DNA of 64,000 nucleotides from a virus: IMG/VR virus record IMGVR_UViG_3300032116_000013, positions 133,425 to 197,424 of that record; one strand, 5' to 3'. Shown piece by piece: positions 57,757 to 64,000 of this stretch (position 1 is its first letter; each line of letters starts with the position of its first letter). The notes under the pieces were generated by a model. It saw only the letters and a program-made list of their open reading frames with translations, ran no database searches and was not told where the DNA came from. The position numbers and the translations under genes were made by a program.

Positions 57757-59160
57757 ATGGAGTTTAATGTGAGAAAGTCGTTCTATAGTAGTATTGATTC
57801 GCAGATGAATTTTCTTGAGAAGATTCAGGCGCATTTCAACACAGAAACAATTACGCTGAAGGAACTCAATTCCTACTGCGATGACAAGAAGAACGGTGTG
57901 GAGAATTTTCCATACTTCATTCTTCGCGAGCGTAAGGTTGCGCGCAATACGTTCAACATCGTACCGAAGAGTGTTAAATCTGCGACCGCTGCCCCTGTAG
58001 TTGTTCGTGGCGAAGTTCCTGCTTCTGCTCCCGCGATGGTTGCGCAGGTTGTTCAACTTGCTTCGCGCCGAGCAGAGAACGTCACTGAGTCTTTTGTTCC
58101 TGAGAAGAACAAGACCTATGTACCGTTCGGCTTCTTCAACGATCTGAAGAGCATCATCAAGTCGCGGATTTTCTATCCGATCTACATCACTGGTCTGTCT
58201 GGTAACGGTAAGACCATGATGATTGAACAGGTCTGCGCCTCGCTCGGTCGTGAAATGATTCGCGTCAACATCACCAAGCGCACCGATGAGTCCGATCTTA
58301 TTGGTTCTTATGAGTTGATTGACGGCAGTACCGTTCGCCGCGAAGGTCCTGTGATCACCGCAATGCGTCGTGGTGCTGTTCTTCTTCTTGATGAATGCGA
58401 TCTCGGCACCGAAGACATCCTCTGCCTTCAGCCGATTCTCGAAGGCAAGCCATACTTCGACAAGAAGACTGGTGAGGTTGTCCACCCTGCTGCTGGCTTT
58501 ACCGTTATCGCTACGGCAAACACCAAGGGTAAGGGCAGCGATGATGGTCGATTCATCGGCACCAATCTGCTGAACGAAGCATTCCTTGAGCGTTTCGCTG
58601 TGACGGTTGAGCAAGAGTATCCTCCTGCTGCGACTGAGCGCAAGATTCTTGAAAAGAATTTTGCTGAGTTGGGTCTGACCGATGCGGTGTTCATCGAGCG
58701 ATTGATCACGTGGGCTGAGGTCATCCGCAAGTCCTTCGCTGACGGTGCGGTTGATGAAGTCATCTCGACTCGTCGTCTTGTGCATATCAGCAAGGCATTC
58801 TCGATCTTCGGCAATCGTCTGAAGGCAATCGAAATGTGCTTGAACCGATTCGATACAGACACCAAGAATGCGTTCTTGGACTTGTACACGAAGGTTGACG
58901 CTGAGGCAACTGCTCCTGTTGCCCCAGTTGTATCTGATGAAGCCAAGATTGAGACCAGTCGAGATCCGAACAGTGATAATATGATTGTGAAAGTTTACAA
59001 AAATGGTCTGACCAATCAAGTAACATTTACTCCTGCTGATATTATAGAGCATGCAAATCAGGGTTTGACAATGGATCAGATTATTGATCGCGCTGCCAAG
59101 ACTTTGATTGCTGTTCTTGATCGTGAAGCAGAGCAAGATGCTAACGATATCCCGTTCTAA
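57757..59160 (+). CDS. cobS: MoxR/CobS-like AAA+ ATPase
   Basis: GLSGNGKT, ESDLIG, LLLDECD, IATANTKGKG...NEAFLERF, ISTRRL. True start may be the GTG at 57769 (GGAG RBS). Confidence 0.85.
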   Translation: MEFNVRKSFYSSIDSQMNFLEKIQAHFNTETITLKELNSYCDDKKNGVENFPYFILRERKVARNTFNIVPKSVKSATAAPVVVRGEVPASAPAMVAQVVQLASRRAENVTESFVPEKNKTYVPFGFFNDLKSIIKSRIFYPIYITGLSGNGKTMMIEQVCASLGREMIRVNITKRTDESDLIGSYELIDGSTVRREGPVITAMRRGAVLLLDECDLGTEDILCLQPILEGKPYFDKKTGEVVHPAAGFTVIATANTKGKGSDDGRFIGTNLLNEAFLERFAVTVEQEYPPAATERKILEKNFAELGLTDAVFIERLITWAEVIRKSFADGAVDEVISTRRLVHISKAFSIFGNRLKAIEMCLNRFDTDTKNAFLDLYTKVDAEATAPVAPVVSDEAKIETSRDPNSDNMIVKVYKNGLTNQVTFTPADIIEHANQGLTMDQIIDRAAKTLIAVLDREAEQDANDIPF

Positions 59161-59171
59161 TGGAGGCTGAT

Positions 59172-59348
59172 ATGAATAAGCAAGAACAGGTTAATTATTT
59201 CTTGGATGAACTTCGTGACTCTGGTTCGACAAATATGTTTGGTGCTGCACCGTACATCGTTGAAGAGTTTGGTGTGACTCGAAAGGAAGCCAGAGATCTT
59301 TTGTTGAATTGGATGCAAACTGTTGAGGAGCGTCATCATGGGTCTTGA
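59172..59348 (+). CDS. Small conserved phage hypothetical protein
   Basis: GGAGG RBS then ATG at 59172; FLDELRDSGSTNMFGAAPYIVEEF motif. Confidence 0.75.
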   Translation: MNKQEQVNYFLDELRDSGSTNMFGAAPYIVEEFGVTRKEARDLLLNWMQTVEERHHGS

Positions 59349-59796
59349 TATGTTTTTGAATGCGACTCGGTATCTCTCGAATTACAAGGATGCTGACAAG
59401 CAAAAGAAAGAAGAAATGCTGAAGACGTTTCCTGAGTTGAAAGCCTATTTGGCGGAAGAAAATCCGATTAAAGAGGCGAAAGCCGAAGTTGGATACTGGC
59501 GAAAGGCAAATCAAATTCACGCATGGTTTGTTGAGAACATTCAAGAAGGCGAAGACGATTGTAAATCTTATTATGTCAGTAGAGAAAAATTGCAAGAACT
59601 CAAGAATCTTTGTCGACAAGTTTTGGAAGATAAATCTCTAGCGGATAAACTCTTGCCAACTCAGAGTGGTTTCTTCTTCGGTGGTACTGAATACGAAGAA
59701 TATTATTTCGATGATCTTGAAAAAACAATAAGGATTATTGATAATGCTCTTGCGCTTCCTGAAGATTGGTCTTTTGAATATCAGTCGTCTTGGTAA
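59338..59796 (+). CDS. Conserved phage hypothetical protein
   Basis: GAGGAG RBS then MGLDMFL; EVGYWRKANQIHAWF and GFFFGGTEY motifs. Confidence 0.8.
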   Translation: MGLDMFLNATRYLSNYKDADKQKKEEMLKTFPELKAYLAEENPIKEAKAEVGYWRKANQIHAWFVENIQEGEDDCKSYYVSREKLQELKNLCRQVLEDKSLADKLLPTQSGFFFGGTEYEEYYFDDLEKTIRIIDNALALPEDWSFEYQSSW

Positions 59797-59803
59797 GCAA
59801 GAG

Positions 59804-59832
59804 TTTACTTTTGCCGTTTGTTAGTATATAAT
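59804..59832 (+). promoter_or_regulatory. sigma70-type promoter
   Basis: TTTACT-17 nt-TATAAT. Confidence 0.75.
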
Positions 59833-59904
59833 AAATGGTATATCGCAAGGCAAGCCCCAATCTTGCGATATTATTGAAGGGGTATTTTTGTGAAGGTATA
59901 TTAT

Positions 59905-60201
59905 ATGTCTAATGCTCTTAACTCGTTTGTCAGCTATCTCGTCGATGGCAATCAGGTGACCAGCCGCCAGGCTCGCACTTTGTTCAAGGTCGAGAACGTT
60001 GCTGACCTCGTCTATCGTGCTCGCAATGAGGGTATCTCTGTATACACCAATCGCATCACGAACAGCCGTGGTGAGAAGGTGTTTGCGTATCGCATTGGCA
60101 ATCCTTCGGCTCAGTTCGAGAAGTATCTCGATCAGGGTCATGTTGCTCGCGCTCGCAAGACTCTCTACCGTGATGCTATCAGCGTCTCGATGAATGGCTA
60201 A
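59905..60201 (+). CDS. Small winged-helix-like DNA-binding protein
   Basis: VTSRQARTLFKVENVADLVYRARNEGISVYTN...YRIG pattern; GAAGG RBS before ATG 59905. Confidence 0.6.
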   Translation: MSNALNSFVSYLVDGNQVTSRQARTLFKVENVADLVYRARNEGISVYTNRITNSRGEKVFAYRIGNPSAQFEKYLDQGHVARARKTLYRDAISVSMNG

Positions 60202-60227
60202 TTCATCTGAGTAAACCATTCTGGTTT

Positions 60228-60260
60228 CTGTGGGGGCAGTTCTTGCCCCCACAGTTTATT
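60228..60260 (+). terminator. Rho-independent terminator
   Basis: 11-bp stem CTGTGGGGGCA / TGCCCCCACAG followed by TTTATT. Confidence 0.85.
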
Positions 60261-60288
60261 TGACAGAGACTAAATGCACATATATAAT
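60260..60288 (+). promoter_or_regulatory. Perfect sigma70 consensus promoter driving the dioxygenase/glycosyltransferase cluster
   Basis: TTGACA-17 nt-TATAAT, with GAGGT RBS before ATG 60315. Confidence 0.85.
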
Positions 60289-60314
60289 AGAACACAAGAA
60301 AGAGAGGTGTTCTC

Positions 60315-61676
60315 ATGACTAAAGTTATAGTTGCAAGGCAAAAATTAGATTGTTCGCATTTGCTTGGACAATTTTTAGACGAATCACATTATGATGTTTT
60401 GGTCGAAGAAGACACTGACTGTTATCAAAAAGCAGACTGCGATCCTACATCGATGTCTAATTGCAATCAAGAAAATTGCGCTGACTGCACTCAAATTAAA
60501 ACGAAAGATGAACGTAAAGTTGCATTTATTTTTCGTAAGAACTTTTTCACCAAGGAAGAACAAGAACAAGCCTATATCGGACTGCGTGAGGCTGCTACAC
60601 AATCACAAAATCGCGGATTGGCGGCAGGACCAAAAGGTTCAACTTGTTTAGGTCGAGAATGGGTAAACGAAGTCCAACTTCGCGCTCTTGACTTTTTTAA
60701 GAAGCAAGAAGAAAATAGCGTAATTGAAATTGATGTACAAAAAGAAATTGATTCTATCAAAGAAAAATATTCTAATACTCAAAGCACTCGCGGCTTAGTT
60801 TGGTTGGCTGCTAAAGTCAAAGAAGATAATTTCAATTTTGATAATTGGTTGAAGGAAGTTGTAAATCTTTCTATAGCAGAAAGGAAACATGAAGCAAATG
60901 AAGTTTTTGAAACGTATATTTCAGACACAACCTACGCAAATCCTGTTTTTTCTGGAATTGCTGGCTGGTTTGATCGGTATCCTCGCATTCCTTATGGGCG
61001 CGCAACTTCTTATACACAGCATTCATTCGATAAATTTAAACTTTCTTTCCCGTTTCTTCAATCTCTAAACAAAGGATTCAAAGAACTTCTACCATGGCGA
61101 TGGCAGAATCAAAAGAATGCTATTGATAAAATTGATCCAGCATTTGTTGTTCCTGGAACAGTGTTCACTACAATTACGGTGAACAAAACATTTAGAACAG
61201 CAGCACACTATGACGCAGGTGACTTCGCAGATGGTCTTTCAAACCTACTTGTACTTTCAAATAATGGCAACTATTCTGGTGGCTATTTGGTTTTCCCTGA
61301 GTACCGTATCGCGGTCAACGTAAGACCAGGCGATTTGCTTCTCGTGAACAATCATGAAATAATGCATGGAAATACACCGATTGTTTTGAATGATAATGAG
61401 GCTGAACGTATAAGTTTAGTTTGCTATTTGCGAGAAAAAATGCTAGAATTAGGGAGTAAGCAGTACGAAGATATTCGTTACCAGTTTGTAGAGTCTCGCC
61501 GCAAGAATCCAGAGCATCCTATGCAACGTCGTCTTTGGAATGGTATTTCAGAAGGTATGTGGGACTCTCAAGAATGGTACGATTATCTCGAGAAGCATGG
61601 TGGTAAGAAGATGGTTGAGAAATATCATCCTAAAGCATTTGAAAAAATTTCAACTCTTGAAGACCTTTTTGGGTAA
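60315..61676 (+). CDS. TET/JBP-family 2OG-Fe(II) 5-methylpyrimidine dioxygenase
   Basis: FTTITVNKTFRTAAHYDAGD (HxD), HEIMHGNTP (distal His) and ERISLVCY (2OG-binding RxS) match the TET/JBP double-stranded beta-helix layout. Confidence 0.8.
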   Translation: MTKVIVARQKLDCSHLLGQFLDESHYDVLVEEDTDCYQKADCDPTSMSNCNQENCADCTQIKTKDERKVAFIFRKNFFTKEEQEQAYIGLREAATQSQNRGLAAGPKGSTCLGREWVNEVQLRALDFFKKQEENSVIEIDVQKEIDSIKEKYSNTQSTRGLVWLAAKVKEDNFNFDNWLKEVVNLSIAERKHEANEVFETYISDTTYANPVFSGIAGWFDRYPRIPYGRATSYTQHSFDKFKLSFPFLQSLNKGFKELLPWRWQNQKNAIDKIDPAFVVPGTVFTTITVNKTFRTAAHYDAGDFADGLSNLLVLSNNGNYSGGYLVFPEYRIAVNVRPGDLLLVNNHEIMHGNTPIVLNDNEAERISLVCYLREKMLELGSKQYEDIRYQFVESRRKNPEHPMQRRLWNGISEGMWDSQEWYDYLEKHGGKKMVEKYHPKAFEKISTLEDLFG

Positions 61677-61679
61677 TAT

Positions 61680-63011
61680 ATGAAAATATTGACTGTCGTT
61701 CATGATTTCAATAACTTCGGTGGTATCATTTCTCATACTGAGCAATTGATTGCTGGCTTCAAAGACCTCGGACATGAAACTGGATTTGTCTATCTTCGTA
61801 GCACAAAAACTGGTGGTAAGTTCGCTGAAGATTCAGAATTAGAAGGATATGATATTGGTGTTGGAACTGGTATTCCTGTTCATCAGGGTAAAGGTTGGCG
61901 AGGTGAATACTTGTCGTTCATCAACGACAATGACGTCAACAAGTTTATAAATCTTGCTAATCAATATGATATTGTAATCTGGCAGTCTATCTTTGGATTC
62001 AAGTGTCAAGATTCAGAAGGTAAACAGTCTTGGCTTCGTATGTTCAAAGACGTAAAAGCGAAGCATGTTGTAATTGTTCATGATGGAAACCTGCGCAAGA
62101 ACTATCCCTGGATTCATCATCTTCGTCCATATATCGCTGGTCTTGCTTGCGTTCATCCTAGCGCCTACAATCAGGCTGCTGCGATGCAGATTCCTCGCGC
62201 ATTGATTCTGAATCCACAGGATATAACTCGTAAGCAAGGAACATCTTTTGATGAGAAAACTGACACAATCTTCTCGCTTCAGACGTTCAAACGATGGAAG
62301 CGTGTTGATGATCTTGTAGCAGCAGTGCCATATATCTACGGTCAAGTAATTATTGCTGGTGATGGAATTGAACGTGCTTACATGTCATCAAAGGATAAAT
62401 GTAAGCCTGAATATTATTGTACACTAGATCGTGATCCTCAAGCATCTGAGAATAGAGTTGGTAAGCCGATCTGGCAAAATGCTCTAGACAAGGGTATGAA
62501 GTATATTGGATTTGTGTCAGAAAAGAAGCGTGATGAAATTTTGAGTCATAGTAAATTCCTATTAGATCCTTCTTGGTCTAAGACTTATGGTGAACACTTC
62601 AATCGCGTAGTTATTGATGCAATGCTAATGGGTGTTGTTCCGATTGCTCGCAATCTTGGCGTCTCTGATAATGAGAAAGGAGTCGGTCTACTCAAGCCAG
62701 GTAAGAACTACTTGATGATTCCTTGGGATGCAACACCTAAACAGTTTGGTGATCTTTGTAATAAGTTCTTGATGATGCAACCATTTGATTATGGTAAGAT
62801 TGTTGCCAACAACTGGGAATTCGTAAAGCAATTTGATCGAAAGAAAATTGCATCAGAATATGTTGCTTTTGCTAACGAGATTTTGCCAAATACTGAAACA
62901 GGCAAATATGATGAATCTCTCAATGATACAGTTGATTCTGTTTGGGCTGATCACTTTAAATTTCCGCAAAGATTGAATGTTACAAGTACATTGGAAGATC
63001 TTTTCGGTTGA
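61680..63011 (+). CDS. GT-B fold glycosyltransferase (GT4-like)
   Basis: MKILTVVHD..GGI N-terminus, FKRWKRVDDLVAA, GFVSE, EHFNRVVIDAMLMGVVPI (E-x7-D/E motif). Confidence 0.75.
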   Translation: MKILTVVHDFNNFGGIISHTEQLIAGFKDLGHETGFVYLRSTKTGGKFAEDSELEGYDIGVGTGIPVHQGKGWRGEYLSFINDNDVNKFINLANQYDIVIWQSIFGFKCQDSEGKQSWLRMFKDVKAKHVVIVHDGNLRKNYPWIHHLRPYIAGLACVHPSAYNQAAAMQIPRALILNPQDITRKQGTSFDEKTDTIFSLQTFKRWKRVDDLVAAVPYIYGQVIIAGDGIERAYMSSKDKCKPEYYCTLDRDPQASENRVGKPIWQNALDKGMKYIGFVSEKKRDEILSHSKFLLDPSWSKTYGEHFNRVVIDAMLMGVVPIARNLGVSDNEKGVGLLKPGKNYLMIPWDATPKQFGDLCNKFLMMQPFDYGKIVANNWEFVKQFDRKKIASEYVAFANEILPNTETGKYDESLNDTVDSVWADHFKFPQRLNVTSTLEDLFG

Positions 63012-63052
63012 CTATATAAAGAGTGGTTTGAATTTTATACTTTGGAGTTAAT

Positions 63053-63871
63053 ATGCAATTACAAATAAAGGTAGAAGATCTACGCAAAAAGAAATTGTTC
63101 GTGGCTACGCCTATGTATGGCGGTATGTCTCACGGAATGTTCGTCAAATCATGTTTAGACTTGCAGTCTGCTTGTACTCAGTATGGAGTTCAAGTTAGAT
63201 TTTCATTCATTTTTAATGAGTCTCTGATTACTCGCGCAAGAAATTATCTTGTAGATGAATTTCTTCGTGCTGACGACTTTACCCATCTTTTATTCCTGGA
63301 CGCTGATATTCACTTTGATCCTAGGGACGTTATTGCGCTATTGGCGTTGGATAAAGATGTCGTTGGGGCGCCATATCCTAAGAAGTCAATTAAGTGGAAT
63401 TCAGTTAAAGATGCAGTTAAGAAAAATCCAGAAATCAGTTCAGCAGAACTAGAAAAAGTTGCTGGCGATTTTGTGTTTAATCCTGCTCCAGGAACTGAAA
63501 AATTCTCAGTAGCCGAGCCTATTGAAGTTCTAGAAATCGGAACTGGATACATGCTTATCAATCGCGAAGTCTTTTCGAAGATGCAGCAGGCATTTCCGAT
63601 GATTCGCTATAAGCCAGACCACGTTGGACAGGCTAATTTTGATGGCTCACGTTATATCCATGCTTACTTTGACACTGTAATTGATTCTGCTGATTCTATC
63701 ACAGGTGGTGGCTCAGATCGCTACTTGTCTGAAGATTACATGTTCTGTCAAATGTGGCGTAAGATTGGCGGTAAGATTTGGCTCTGCCCGTGGATGAAGA
63801 CACATCATATTGGAACTTATGCATTTACTGGTGATATGCCAGCAGTTGCTAACTACGTCGGTTCACTCTAA
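63053..63871 (+). CDS. GT-A fold glycosyltransferase (GT2-like)
   Basis: LFVATPMYGG, SLITRARN, LLFLDADI (DxD), GTGYMLI.R.VF, RYLSEDYMFC..WRKIGGKIW. Confidence 0.75.
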   Translation: MQLQIKVEDLRKKKLFVATPMYGGMSHGMFVKSCLDLQSACTQYGVQVRFSFIFNESLITRARNYLVDEFLRADDFTHLLFLDADIHFDPRDVIALLALDKDVVGAPYPKKSIKWNSVKDAVKKNPEISSAELEKVAGDFVFNPAPGTEKFSVAEPIEVLEIGTGYMLINREVFSKMQQAFPMIRYKPDHVGQANFDGSRYIHAYFDTVIDSADSITGGGSDRYLSEDYMFCQMWRKIGGKIWLCPWMKTHHIGTYAFTGDMPAVANYVGSL

Positions 63872-63886
63872 TACTGAGATTTTGTT

Positions 63887-64000
63887 ATGATTATTGGACT
63901 TGTCGGTAATATCGGAAACGGTAAAGGTACAGTTGCAGACATTCTTGTTGATCGCCATTCTTTCATTAAAGAAAGTTTTGCCAACAGTGTGAAGGATGCG
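63887..64000 (+). CDS. Deoxynucleoside monophosphate kinase (T4 gp1-like), 3' truncated
   Basis: Hand translation gives MIIGLVGNIGNGKGTVADILVDRHSFIKESFANSVKDA (P-loop plus SFA..VKD). Confidence 0.75.
   Translation, partial: MIIGLVGNIGNGKGTVADILVDRHSFIKESFANSVKDA

Noticed and set aside
57721-59136. 471-aa minus-strand ORF
   Set aside because: It lies codon-for-codon antisense to the AAA gene and is explained by that gene's lack of CTA/TTA/TCA codons; no recognisable motifs, RBS or promoter.
57757-59160. Interpretation as a cobalamin biosynthesis auxiliary gene
   Set aside because: No CobN or other cob genes are present; the MoxR/VWA architecture is generic.
60213-60227. Small hairpin AAACCA-TTC-TGGTTT before the terminator
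   Set aside because: Only 6 bp and AT-rich; could arise by chance.

Overview
This 64 kb window is part of a large T4-like myovirus genome (Caudoviricetes, with the T4/cyanophage-type core gene order). All credible genes lie on the + strand. Layout from left to right: (1) ~1-23.3 kb, a virion fibre/appendage island with collagen-like fibres, a tail-fibre chaperone, a Gly-rich protein, an S74-chaperoned fibre, five paralogous 'FPF'-repeat proteins and a double 2OG-Fe(II) oxygenase; (2) neck genes gp13-14-15; (3) a second accessory insert at 26.1-36.4 kb with a 1839-aa collagen fibre and two LamG proteins; (4) gp16, an inserted ADP-ribosyltransferase, gp17-18-19-20, gp67/68-like, gp21-22-23 and gp3; (5) uvsY, uvsW, gp55, gp47, gp46 and peptide deformylase; (6) an early region with sigma70 promoters, a peptidase/VWA + MoxR/CobS-like AAA pair and small genes; (7) a TET/JBP-family dioxygenase, two glycosyltransferases and a truncated dNMP kinase. 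The strongest candidate for an unusual system is the putative DNA hypermodification cluster at 60.3-63.9 kb. Its dioxygenase and GT-B enzyme end in the same peptide, STLEDLFG, which resembles a sliding-clamp-binding tail and suggests replication-coupled base oxidation and glycosylation. Other highlights are a capsid-targeted ART with a non-canonical catalytic triad, twin 32-bp IHF-consensus elements at fixed spacing upstream of early promoters, and a 97-bp exact identity between two collagen genes 22 kb apart. All annotations come from motif recognition by eye; no database searches were run.
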